Virus record (IMG/VR): IMGVR_UViG_3300037067_016777
Span: 192,001-256,000 of that record
DNA: 64,000 bases
Strand: one strand, 5' to 3'
DNA from: a virus
Lineage: Duplodnaviria; Caudoviricetes
Positions 26,614-36,340 of the stretch are shown piece after piece (within the stretch, counting starts at the first letter, position 1; each line of letters opens with the position of its first letter). The notes below the pieces were generated by a model. It had not been told where the DNA came from. It ran no database searches and saw only the letters and a program-made list of their open reading frames with translations. The position numbers and the translations under genes were made by a program.

Positions 26614-27606
26614 ATGTCAGATCGCGTAGAAGAAGAAGTTCGTCTTACTAGTAGAGAAATCCAACAGCCGCAAGAAACTAAGATATTGACTGAAAAGCCA
26701 GTTTCCGAGCTATCTAAGTTGGTCGGTAATGCAACATCAGATATAGATATTGTTGATATTATTTCAAGAGCTTCGCCTGAGCAACTTATTCCATGGGAAG
26801 AGACGACTCTTCCTAGTAAGGGTTTATACTATGGTTGGTCGTCTGGTGTAGTATCTGTCAAGGCGTGGTCTGCAAAAGTCGATAAAATCTTAGCTACTGC
26901 GAGATTAGCACAGACTGGCCAATCAATTGACTATATGCTTCAAGAATGTTGCCGTTTCCCTGACGGTTTCGATATTCAAAATATGCTGGTTGGTGATCAG
27001 ATTTATTTATTATATTATCTTCGTGGCATTACACACGGTAATATTTATGAGTTTGCTTCAACCTGTCCAAACGAGCAATGCCAGCAAGCTGCTACTAATA
27101 CTGTTGATTTAAATGATCTTGTTTCTACTATTGTTTGGGCAGATGAATCATTGGGCAACGAGCCATTCAAGATTACATTGCCATATTTGAGCAAAACAAC
27201 GGAAAGAGAAATTACGGCATCGATTAGATTTCTGCGAGTACACGATGCTAACACTATCCAAAGAGCAAAAAAAGCGAAGAATATGTTAGTTGGTGGCTCA
27301 AGGGCTAAGATTAAGCCGCGAGAACGTGCTAGACAAATTGTAGATCATAGCCACGACGAAGTAGTACTAGACGATTTAGTGACACAAAATATCGAAACTG
27401 TAATTGTCGATATTATGGGTGTCAATGATAGATTTAAGATTAAAAATATTGTTAATAAAATGCACTCTACTGATATTGCTGTTATTAGAGAATGGTTATC
27501 TAATCATACTCCAAGTATTGAGACTACGATTGAGATACAATGCGCACATTGTAATGAATCTTATCGTACAATGCTACCAATTACAGAATCCTTTTTTCGT
27601 CCGTAG
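26614..27606 (+). CDS. baseplate hub assembly protein (T4 gp26-like)
   Basis: LPSKGLYY, LLYYLRGITHG, CPNEQC, CAHC...PITESFFRP. Confidence 0.7.
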   Translation: MSDRVEEEVRLTSREIQQPQETKILTEKPVSELSKLVGNATSDIDIVDIISRASPEQLIPWEETTLPSKGLYYGWSSGVVSVKAWSAKVDKILATARLAQTGQSIDYMLQECCRFPDGFDIQNMLVGDQIYLLYYLRGITHGNIYEFASTCPNEQCQQAATNTVDLNDLVSTIVWADESLGNEPFKITLPYLSKTTEREITASIRFLRVHDANTIQRAKKAKNMLVGGSRAKIKPRERARQIVDHSHDEVVLDDLVTQNIETVIVDIMGVNDRFKIKNIVNKMHSTDIAVIREWLSNHTPSIETTIEIQCAHCNESYRTMLPITESFFRP

Positions 27607-27637
27607 GTCCCACGAGCAATGCGAAAAGGAGTGGGAA

Positions 27638-27820
27638 ATGCTGATGGAACAGCAATTTGCATTGCGATGTGGAGTTGGCGGGACCGGAGAACTTACACTC
27701 TTCGAGCAAAACTCCATGACTGGTGAGGAACGTGCTTGGTGGTATAAGAAATTGGAAAGGACTGCAGAAGAGCGTAATAAAAAAGAATCTGCATCGACAC
27801 CAAGCCTACCGCATCACTAA
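27638..27820 (+). CDS. small gp51-like baseplate assembly protein
   Basis: AGGAG before ATG 27638; MTGEERAWW motif; follows gp26-like gene. Confidence 0.55.
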   Translation: MLMEQQFALRCGVGGTGELTLFEQNSMTGEERAWWYKKLERTAEERNKKESASTPSLPHH

Positions 27821-27876
27821 TAATCTGTCGGGGTCTCTACCCTAGCAAAGATATTGAAATAAGGTGAGGTGAATGC

Positions 27877-28752
27877 ATGGCCACATATCAACGAATTTCT
27901 GCTAGACGTGGTAATACAGTCCAGCTTGATACACGATTTTTACGTGGTGGTGTAGCAACTGCACCATACGCAATACGGAAAGTAGAAATATACAAGACAC
28001 AAATAATTCCATCGAATTTAATTGCTACGTTTGTCGTAGTTGATCCGTGCGATCCAAATTATCCATCTCCAGTCGAGTATATTAGAACGAATACTCCATG
28101 CGGGCCATGTGGAACAGAAGGAGAAGAAGGTGTAATTGTTCCTGGTGAATATAGATTATTGTTAGAGATACCAGCAGATGCAGCTGTTCCAGACATTTAC
28201 TATGACGTTTGGTATTATATGCCAACAAACCCCTGTGAAATGGAAGAATTTGCATCGTCGTGTATTGTCGATACTGCCGGTTGTGTTCAATATCCAGATC
28301 TTGATGATCCACTATTAAGCGGTCTTATAATACAGTCTTGTAATAGATTTTGGGTTTATTCAGACGATTGGGATGTTCAGGACGGTTTAACTGCAATTAG
28401 ACTTGGATTTGAGCCGCTTGATCAAAAATTCCAACAACCAGAACTTCGACCGTTAGAAATTGGCATTATGCCATTACCATTATATGATTACGATTTTAAC
28501 CTAGTTGCTCCAATTTTACCACAATTGACTGGCACTATTACAATCTCGACTGAAAATAACGAAATATTAGTAGAAGAATATCCACTTACTCTTGGATTGC
28601 GACAAGGATCGTACCGCTCTAACCCATATGTATTCCGTTATATGGTCGATTCGATGCAATTTCTAAAAGGAACTTACCAGTACAAAGTAACTGCAATACT
28701 GCCTGACGGAACAACTCGGACTAGCAAGACATTTATTTTAACGATATCATAG
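27877..28752 (+). CDS. hypothetical virion protein
   Basis: GAGGTG RBS; 291 aa within tail module. Confidence 0.6.
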   Translation: MATYQRISARRGNTVQLDTRFLRGGVATAPYAIRKVEIYKTQIIPSNLIATFVVVDPCDPNYPSPVEYIRTNTPCGPCGTEGEEGVIVPGEYRLLLEIPADAAVPDIYYDVWYYMPTNPCEMEEFASSCIVDTAGCVQYPDLDDPLLSGLIIQSCNRFWVYSDDWDVQDGLTAIRLGFEPLDQKFQQPELRPLEIGIMPLPLYDYDFNLVAPILPQLTGTITISTENNEILVEEYPLTLGLRQGSYRSNPYVFRYMVDSMQFLKGTYQYKVTAILPDGTTRTSKTFILTIS

Positions 28753-28754
28753 TT

Positions 28755-31493
28755 ATGACAACAAAAATCGGGCTAACAACATATATAGAAGTGATTCAAG
28801 TTACGCCATTAGTGAGTAGATTTAATATTAGTAATATTATATTAGGTGCTTCAAGATGGCAGAATCCAGGTAATCGTTTTGATGTGATGGGCGATGGTGT
28901 CGTTGATATTAATGACTACAATGCAATAGTTAATTATATTGCAAGTCATGGTAGTGGAGTACTACCAAAAAATAGAATTGCAAATCAACCTTATGTCGAT
29001 GTTAATGGAGATGGTAAGGTTGATAGTCAAGATATATCTCAAATATTAGCATATCTACAGAGCAAGAAATTAGTAGACAACACAATAACTGCAGAATATA
29101 ATATTTCTGATTTTAAGATTCAACGAGATCTTGTAGATCCTGCTGTAGTTGTGACTGTTAAGGATGTAGCTGCGTATAAAAACATATTTCCAACTAGTGA
29201 TTATTTGGTTTTTTTAAGAAATCTATCAACTAATGAATTAACTGAAACCACATACGCAACTGCCGTATCGAGTCGCGATAGTCTTGTGTTTATTGATAGT
29301 GATGTTATTGTGCCAGTGCATCCGTTTACTCCAGGATGTTATAACAATTCATGTGTTTTCAGACTTATACAATCTAGAATCGCAGCAAGTGAGATATTAC
29401 CGATCCGATTCAACAAGACAGCTGGCGCGACTGGTGTTTCAACAGCCGGTACTGGGCTACCTATGCCAGGCATGGATACGAGTGAGATGCCAGTGCCTAC
29501 AACGGTAACAGAAACAACGGCGACAGTAGTTGACACAATAGAAACGACTACAACTACAGCCAATAAGACGGATGTGGTAGCACCACCAGTTGTCTTACTT
29601 GATTTATTTCCATCTACATGTGCGATAATCGGCGAAATTAAATTAGTTGCTACATCTATGCATGGAGATAACAACTCAGGAGTTACAACTTGTACGGCAA
29701 AGATGACATCAAATACTGCACCATCGCCATATGTATCGAGTGCAGATAGTGAATATTTTATCAACAATCCGACATATCTTGGGCAGTACGTTTTTAAATC
29801 GTTCAACCATGGTTCTTTGCAAATCTCAACAAATCTTGATCCGACTACGCCAGATTTTTATCATTGGGTTGGCGGACCATATGAAATAAATTGGGCATTA
29901 TCTGGTGGCGACGATCCTTCTCGTATGGCTGGCTTTATAAGTCCGTCAACAATATCCGGCAGTTATATGATATGCTTAGAGGATGAAGGACCTCCTCGTG
30001 GATCTGTGTTCGATTCATGTGTGCTAGTGATACCACAATCAGATGGATCGTGTAAGTGTCTATGGAATGGCGAGTCAAATCACACATATACTCATAAACT
30101 GTATAGTCCTGATGGTAATATACTATTTGATCCGTTTCAGAGAGGAGATGTTTGGTATACTTGGGCTATAGCATCATCTTCTTGCCCAGCGTGGAAGGCG
30201 TTTAATAGAACAAATTCAAGTGAAACCGACATTTGGTCGAGTGCATCAATTAGCTTTCCACATTTTTTGCAATATGATTTTAGCAGTGCTGTAATCATAA
30301 ATAAGTATGCAATACAGGAACGCAATTCAGCAGATTATACGGGATTTCCGAAGAACTTTACGTTTCAAGGATCAAATGATAATATTAATTGGACGATATT
30401 AGATTCCAGGGTGAACGTTTCAGCTCCAGGGCCAGCTAGTTGGAGCCCTTACTTCACATTTAATAATGGAACAGCTTATCGTTATTATCGATTAAGCATA
30501 ACTGCTGTAGTTGGCAATATCAATAGAGCAGTTGTAGCTGAGCTTAAGTTAATCTGTGCTTCTATGGATGGGGCCGATAACAGTGCTACTAACGCTTGTA
30601 CTGCAATAATGGCATCAAATAATGTTCCGAGCCCAAACGCTACTAACGCAAGCAGCGAATACTATTCTGAATATCGATCTACTTATTATTCAGCATGGAA
30701 AGCATTCAATAAAACGAATCTTGGTGAATCCGATAGATGGATTAGTGCAGCGTCGATCGCACCGTGGTATGTTCAATATGATTTTGGTGCTGGAAATGCA
30801 ACGGCTATAAACAAGTACGCAATACAGGAACAGAATTATAGCGGCACTACAGTGGTAAATGGTGAAATCGTAAATGAACAGAATTATAATTGCGATAACG
30901 GATTTCCAAAGGATTTCTTGCTCCAAGGTTCTAATGATGCAAGCAACTGGACTACATTAGATACTCGGACTAGTATCGCGGCCCCCGGTATGAATAATTG
31001 GTCTGATTGGTTTACATTTGATAATGGCACATCATATCGTTATTATAGGGTTTATATCACTGCTATTAATGGACAGCTTCCTATGCCGATTGCCGGTGAA
31101 ACAACATCTGATTGTGTGATTACTGCCAGCAGCAATGCGACGATACGTAATGTTGTAATCACGCAATATAATGAAGATGAAAGGACCTCTACATTTGCGA
31201 CTACTGGGCATTCGCAAACAACGCTATATTCTAATCAAGATCTTTTAATTACTTTTAATGCGCACGACTATCAAGGTGTTTATACTGCTTCACTATGGCT
31301 TGATGGCATTAAAATTCCGATCACAACAGGACCGCAGGCTAATACGAGTATTGGCGGCATGGATTTTGGTGTAGCAATTGGGAAGCGTGCTTCTGGGACA
31401 CATACTTACACGATTATTGCTACGAATAACGATGGTTATTCGACGTCACCATCATATTCGTGTTGGTTTACTATATTACAGGGCGGAGCATGA
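28755..31493 (+). CDS. fibre/adhesin-like protein: dockerin-type EF-hand pair, Thr-rich linker, two F5/8C (discoidin)-like domains, Ig-like C-terminus
   Basis: WQNP..RFDVMGDG...DVNGDGKVD; FPKNFTFQGSNDNINWTILD...YRYYRL repeated twice. Confidence 0.75.
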   Translation: MTTKIGLTTYIEVIQVTPLVSRFNISNIILGASRWQNPGNRFDVMGDGVVDINDYNAIVNYIASHGSGVLPKNRIANQPYVDVNGDGKVDSQDISQILAYLQSKKLVDNTITAEYNISDFKIQRDLVDPAVVVTVKDVAAYKNIFPTSDYLVFLRNLSTNELTETTYATAVSSRDSLVFIDSDVIVPVHPFTPGCYNNSCVFRLIQSRIAASEILPIRFNKTAGATGVSTAGTGLPMPGMDTSEMPVPTTVTETTATVVDTIETTTTTANKTDVVAPPVVLLDLFPSTCAIIGEIKLVATSMHGDNNSGVTTCTAKMTSNTAPSPYVSSADSEYFINNPTYLGQYVFKSFNHGSLQISTNLDPTTPDFYHWVGGPYEINWALSGGDDPSRMAGFISPSTISGSYMICLEDEGPPRGSVFDSCVLVIPQSDGSCKCLWNGESNHTYTHKLYSPDGNILFDPFQRGDVWYTWAIASSSCPAWKAFNRTNSSETDIWSSASISFPHFLQYDFSSAVIINKYAIQERNSADYTGFPKNFTFQGSNDNINWTILDSRVNVSAPGPASWSPYFTFNNGTAYRYYRLSITAVVGNINRAVVAELKLICASMDGADNSATNACTAIMASNNVPSPNATNASSEYYSEYRSTYYSAWKAFNKTNLGESDRWISAASIAPWYVQYDFGAGNATAINKYAIQEQNYSGTTVVNGEIVNEQNYNCDNGFPKDFLLQGSNDASNWTTLDTRTSIAAPGMNNWSDWFTFDNGTSYRYYRVYITAINGQLPMPIAGETTSDCVITASSNATIRNVVITQYNEDERTSTFATTGHSQTTLYSNQDLLITFNAHDYQGVYTASLWLDGIKIPITTGPQANTSIGGMDFGVAIGKRASGTHTYTIIATNNDGYSTSPSYSCWFTILQGGA

Positions 31494-34372
31494 CATATAC
31501 AATATCATTTAATAATAGATATATGGTTACTGGGTTTGTAAATGCAAGCCTCCTACCCGGCACGCCATTTATTAATATGTGGGGTAATGTCACGGTTGCC
31601 AGTCTTCTAACAACAGATAAGAAGGGTGTCACAAGCAGAATTAGCAGGCGTTTGCAAAGCCAAAATCAAGACAACATATCTGTAGCTTACGATGAATCGA
31701 CATTAGATTCAATTTTAGCATTATTGCGTATTTGTCGTTGGCCTAATATTTCATATTATACGGCTTTTTCAAGCAACGCAAATACATCATATCCATGTAC
31801 AGTTACGAATCTTGAAACCAATCAATGGGTTTCTCAACCGATTGATATAGATATCGATCACACAATATTTACAACGCAATATGCTATTTGGTATACACAC
31901 CAACTAGAATATTCCGGTTTTCATATACCTCAAAATAGTGACATCTGGAGTGGCGGTTTGGTTTTAGGATCATCAGGCACAATGATCGATCTGGGCGAAT
32001 ATCTCACGCAAGATGTGATGTTCGGTGATGTCGATCAATATGTGCCAACTTATATTGAGAAATTAACTGTAGCGTTATCTATACCTGGTTATCAATATCT
32101 GCGTGCGCAAGGGTATACTACGCCATTTGTGAGAGCAGATATGCCTTATACGCTTGAATGGTTAAATGATTCGCCAGACGTTGTTGCCACTAAATTATAT
32201 TGTAGAGATCTTTGTTGTGCTGGTTGTGATGGTGTTTATCTTGGCAGCTTTGCGCCATCAGGATCATATGAAGTTGACGGCCATCCAAGAGGAACACAGC
32301 GTTTATGGGTTATTAAGGGTGTCAATAGTGTAGGCACTGTTATAACGCAGATGTGGTTCAGCGCTGTTCCGGTTTGTCCAAGAAGATTGACATATTTTGG
32401 CGAATTCATAGAAGACTGCAAACTTGCACCGTCTCCGCCGCCACCTCCGCCACCACCATCGCCAACTCCTCTACCACCGCCGCTTTCTCCATCAGTTAGT
32501 CCGTCACCATCACCATCGCCATCAGTATCTTCGTGGTTGTCGGCATCACCGTCGTTGTTGTCACCATCAGCAGCGTCTATATCTCCTTCATTGTTGTCGC
32601 CATCGGCAGCATCAATATCTCCTTCATTGTTGTCTCCTTCATTGTTGTCGCCTTCGTTATTATCGCCATCAGCAGCATCACCGTCAGCAGCATCACCATC
32701 GGCAGCATCACCATCGCCATCAGCAGCATCGCCATCAGCAGCATCTATATCTCCTTCATTGTTGTCGCCTTCGTTATTATCGCCATCACCGTCACTCTCA
32801 ACTCCGATTACACACGACGACCGATATCCAAGCATCTCTGACACAGTTGATGGTAGGTTTGTGATTGCATGGTCGCGGCATACATACGCATCAGCAACTA
32901 AAGACAATGTGACCATAATGGCACAAGTCTTTACCGCTGATAACGTAGCGGTTGGTCCAGCGTTCATAGTGCCAACTTATACTGGGACATATCTTGTAGA
33001 TTCAGATTGGTACCCACAACCTATCGATCTGACTGCTGTAGCAATAGCACGAGATGGGACATTTGTTGTTGTATGGCAGGGACCTAGTGACGATTTTGGT
33101 ACCGGTATTCATATGCGAATGTATAGTGCCACTGGTACTCCGCTCACTGGGCAAAATCGTGTTAATATTCTAGATGCTGCCTATTTCCGAGAGCCTTCGA
33201 TATCGATGCGTTATGATAAAACCTTCATCATAACCTGGCGCAAATCAATTACTGGATCTACATCTCCTAAGTATACTATCTGCGGCCAGAGATATACAGC
33301 AGCCGGTGTGAAAACTGGCGTTTCAAGCTTCCAAATCAATCAAGTTACCACTTCGTCTGTACTGAACACAGATGTCGGTGTAGCTGATGACGGCAGTTTT
33401 ATCGTTGTCTGGGATTACTACTCGTCTGCCGATAGCGGTTATGTTCCGATGGGACGTAGGTTTAACTCTTCTGGTACAGCATTGACCAATGAATTTAAAG
33501 TTAATGCAACTGGCTCGTATTATGCTGGAGTACAACAATTAGGCACACGACCGAGAGTGGCGGTAGCTCCTGGAGGGCGTTTCTCTGTCGTATGGCATGC
33601 AGATGTTACTACTGCCGTTACCAATATTTACTGCCAACTGTATTGGGCGGATTGTACTCCATATGGTAGTCAATTCCAGGTTAACGACGTTGCGTCATTA
33701 ATGGACAGATTATATCCAGATGTTGCGTGCGATCGCGACGGCAATTTCACTGTTGTATGGCAGATGTATGGCTATAGTACCAGCGGTTATGGTGAAATGC
33801 ACGATGATCCGATTACTCTTGATTATGGTATTTTCGGGCGACTGTTTGATGTAAATGGTGTTGCTAAAACTGGAGATCTCTATATAAATAACCCGAATTA
33901 TCCTGATGGCCGTGCTATTGGTGCCCAAACATTCCCGTCAGTTACACGTAGCGACGGTAGTGGTAAATTTGTGGCGGCTTGGGGTGGATATCAGGGTACG
34001 GCTCCATCTGGAGGCATACAGGGGGTTTGGCATTCAGATAAATGGTATCCAACTCCTTTGCCAACAGTCACATTCACTTTGACAGCGCCAACGTCAGGCT
34101 CTTATGTTGCAGGATCGATCGTACCTGCAACTTGGTGGGCGACCGGAATACAAGCAGGCTATACCGTCAATTTGGGTTATATAACCTCATCTGACTGGTC
34201 TGGCGTACAACATTGGATCTCAGTTGGTGAAATTTATGGATCGAACGGTTCGACTACTTGGAATTGGGACACAACAGGCGTTCCACCAGGAACGTATTAT
34301 ATGATTGGTTATGTTTGGAATGGTGGAACCGGAACTTATTCACATGTTGCGACGACGTTTAGAATCATATAA
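31490..34372 (+). CDS. fibre/adhesin-like protein with Ser/Pro-rich linker and beta-repeat domain
   Basis: Repeated VA..DG.FVVVW...G..FQVN units; SP-rich tract; ATGA overlap with upstream gene. Confidence 0.7.
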   Translation: MTYTISFNNRYMVTGFVNASLLPGTPFINMWGNVTVASLLTTDKKGVTSRISRRLQSQNQDNISVAYDESTLDSILALLRICRWPNISYYTAFSSNANTSYPCTVTNLETNQWVSQPIDIDIDHTIFTTQYAIWYTHQLEYSGFHIPQNSDIWSGGLVLGSSGTMIDLGEYLTQDVMFGDVDQYVPTYIEKLTVALSIPGYQYLRAQGYTTPFVRADMPYTLEWLNDSPDVVATKLYCRDLCCAGCDGVYLGSFAPSGSYEVDGHPRGTQRLWVIKGVNSVGTVITQMWFSAVPVCPRRLTYFGEFIEDCKLAPSPPPPPPPPSPTPLPPPLSPSVSPSPSPSPSVSSWLSASPSLLSPSAASISPSLLSPSAASISPSLLSPSLLSPSLLSPSAASPSAASPSAASPSPSAASPSAASISPSLLSPSLLSPSPSLSTPITHDDRYPSISDTVDGRFVIAWSRHTYASATKDNVTIMAQVFTADNVAVGPAFIVPTYTGTYLVDSDWYPQPIDLTAVAIARDGTFVVVWQGPSDDFGTGIHMRMYSATGTPLTGQNRVNILDAAYFREPSISMRYDKTFIITWRKSITGSTSPKYTICGQRYTAAGVKTGVSSFQINQVTTSSVLNTDVGVADDGSFIVVWDYYSSADSGYVPMGRRFNSSGTALTNEFKVNATGSYYAGVQQLGTRPRVAVAPGGRFSVVWHADVTTAVTNIYCQLYWADCTPYGSQFQVNDVASLMDRLYPDVACDRDGNFTVVWQMYGYSTSGYGEMHDDPITLDYGIFGRLFDVNGVAKTGDLYINNPNYPDGRAIGAQTFPSVTRSDGSGKFVAAWGGYQGTAPSGGIQGVWHSDKWYPTPLPTVTFTLTAPTSGSYVAGSIVPATWWATGIQAGYTVNLGYITSSDWSGVQHWISVGEIYGSNGSTTWNWDTTGVPPGTYYMIGYVWNGGTGTYSHVATTFRII
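32429..32803 (+). repeat. in-frame low-complexity repeats (poly-Pro, SPSLL, SPSAA units)
   Basis: Recurrent 15-bp units such as TCGCCATCAGCAGCA and TCTCCTTCATTGTTG. Confidence 0.9.
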
Positions 34373-34392
34373 TTCTTGGTATTTTATGGCTA

Positions 34393-35484
34393 ATGAACGT
34401 CCCAATACCGCCAGATAAGATAACTGCTTGGGTTTATAAATATTTTCCCGATTGTAAACCGAGGAAGGGCGGCGACGAGCTGCGTATCAATAATCCATTT
34501 GATGGTGATACTGGATATCATTTTAACGTAAGCATAATCAAGGCTTCCGTTCATGACTGGCGCGGAGATTCGTCGTGGGTTGGCTTCAATCCGAATACTG
34601 GTAAGCTGCAACATAGAACATTTATAAGATTTGTTCAGTTATATCTGACACAACAGCGTGGCAGATGCTCGTTTCCAGATGCTATTCAAGATGTTCTGGG
34701 AGCGTCTTCTGGTGCCCGTGCCTTATTTAAGTGGCAAAAAACACGTCTTTTGCCAGAAGAAAAGGAAGCTATATCTCTCGCTCTCCCAGAAGGTGCTACT
34801 GAATTTGGGCAATCACAACCGAAATTGGTAGCTGGACTGGTCGCATGGCTTGCCAGTCGTGGTGTTGATAGCAAGAAGATCAATAAATATAGAATAATGT
34901 ATAGTGGCCTGAGTGTTGTTTGGCCATATTTTGAGTACGATCAGATGGTATATTGGCAGAGTAGATCTCGTTTGAATAAGACCTTTCGATTTCCGCCAGA
35001 GAGTGTCGGAGTAACGAAAGGTCAATTCTTTTATGGGTTTGATCAAATAGAACCGGCTAGTTTTGTTATAATAGTGGAGTCTATTTTCAACTGCTTGACG
35101 CTAGAGGATCAGTGCCTGGCTTCTGGTGGAGCGTCGTTAACCGAGACACAAGTGAAGAAGATACGACTGCTCGGTCCGAAGGATGGAATAATTCTTGCAC
35201 CAGATAATGATAAAGCTGGTATTTCTAGTGTACTCCATAACGCGGCGTTATTGCAGCAGCTCAATTATAGAATCTTTTATGCTTTACCGCCGATTGTGAA
35301 GTTGTCAGACAATACTATGAGTAATGATTGGAATGACTTGGTAAAAGTCGCAGGTATAACAGAGATACGGAAAACTTTTGAAAAAAGTGTGAAGCCGTTT
35401 AACGCACAGCAGAAACTATACCTAGAGAATAGGTTGAAAAGTATGGGAGAAACAATTAAACCGCATCTTCTCAGCTATGGTTGA
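34393..35484 (+). CDS. DNA primase (TOPRIM, T4 gp61-like)
   Basis: YWQSR, IIVESIFN, LAPDNDKAG, NDWND. Confidence 0.8.
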   Translation: MNVPIPPDKITAWVYKYFPDCKPRKGGDELRINNPFDGDTGYHFNVSIIKASVHDWRGDSSWVGFNPNTGKLQHRTFIRFVQLYLTQQRGRCSFPDAIQDVLGASSGARALFKWQKTRLLPEEKEAISLALPEGATEFGQSQPKLVAGLVAWLASRGVDSKKINKYRIMYSGLSVVWPYFEYDQMVYWQSRSRLNKTFRFPPESVGVTKGQFFYGFDQIEPASFVIIVESIFNCLTLEDQCLASGGASLTETQVKKIRLLGPKDGIILAPDNDKAGISSVLHNAALLQQLNYRIFYALPPIVKLSDNTMSNDWNDLVKVAGITEIRKTFEKSVKPFNAQQKLYLENRLKSMGETIKPHLLSYG

Positions 35485-35549
35485 TCTTGGATGCTATCTG
35501 CTCTAGCAGCCAGCCGCTTATGTTTCCAGAGATCGTCAAGCTTCATAAA

Positions 35550-35912
35550 CTATCTTCTGCGCCAACTATCGATCATCCAAGTGCCAATAATAAGCGCCGA
35601 CAGAGTTTTAATGAATTTACCACCCATTTGTATTATGCTCAGCGGATGGTAATTTGGATTGGAGTGTTCCTCTAGAGCGGTATCTAGTTCCCTTGACATT
35701 TTTCTCCACACCGGATCTTTTGCTCTGTCGAGCCCTGTGAAGAATTCTATTTCGCGGTCAGTTTCTGCAGACAGGCGCACTATTTCGTGTTGACAGTCTA
35801 TTAATCTTTCTGGCGATAATTTGCCAGATTTGGCTTTTGCCTCCAACCTCCCAAGTCTGACAATAGACGCCACGTGACTCTTATACATCTTTCTGAGTTG
35901 CTCATACTTCAT
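35550..35912 (-). CDS. hypothetical protein
   Basis: AGGAG RBS, 120 aa. Confidence 0.55.
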   Translation of the reverse strand: MKYEQLRKMYKSHVASIVRLGRLEAKAKSGKLSPERLIDCQHEIVRLSAETDREIEFFTGLDRAKDPVWRKMSRELDTALEEHSNPNYHPLSIIQMGGKFIKTLSALIIGTWMIDSWRRR

Positions 35913-35958
35913 TATGGTGCTCCTATTATATCATAGCACCATAAAGCGACTTTCTGAA

Positions 35959-36228
35959 TTATTTTAGTGGATAATCCGAGAGAATAGTAACCTTCGTTTT
36001 TGTAAATTGTCTATACGCCATATTCCATGAACGTAGTTTTCGGAACCATACCATCTTCTCTGGCAGCGACATTCTTTTTAGTAATGGGAACGCCGCTCTT
36101 ATACGCGGAATCTCAGATTTATCCATTGCTGCATGCTTTAATAGAGCTAATCGCTTGCCGTCGTCGTCCAATAGCAGGAATAACGCTGGCTTCTTAGAAC
36201 GGTCATAATTGATAAATAATAGTCGCAT
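35959..36228 (-). CDS. hypothetical protein
   Basis: GAGG RBS, 89 aa. Confidence 0.55.
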   Translation of the reverse strand: MRLLFINYDRSKKPALFLLLDDDGKRLALLKHAAMDKSEIPRIRAAFPLLKRMSLPEKMVWFRKLRSWNMAYRQFTKTKVTILSDYPLK

Positions 36229-36340
36229 TTTTACCCTCGGTTGATAAGTGTATAACAGATTTCTGATAATCGAAGTACTTCATCCTGCAACTAGAATAGT
36301 ATATATGTTGACCCTCAAACATAGTAAGAGGAGTTTTTCT

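Noticed and set aside
32236-32967. Antisense Asp/Gly-rich ORF and alternative-frame His/Arg-rich ORFs; CRISPR-like appearance of the repeats
   Set aside because: Shadows of the in-frame Ser/Pro repeat; no unique spacers, so not a CRISPR array.
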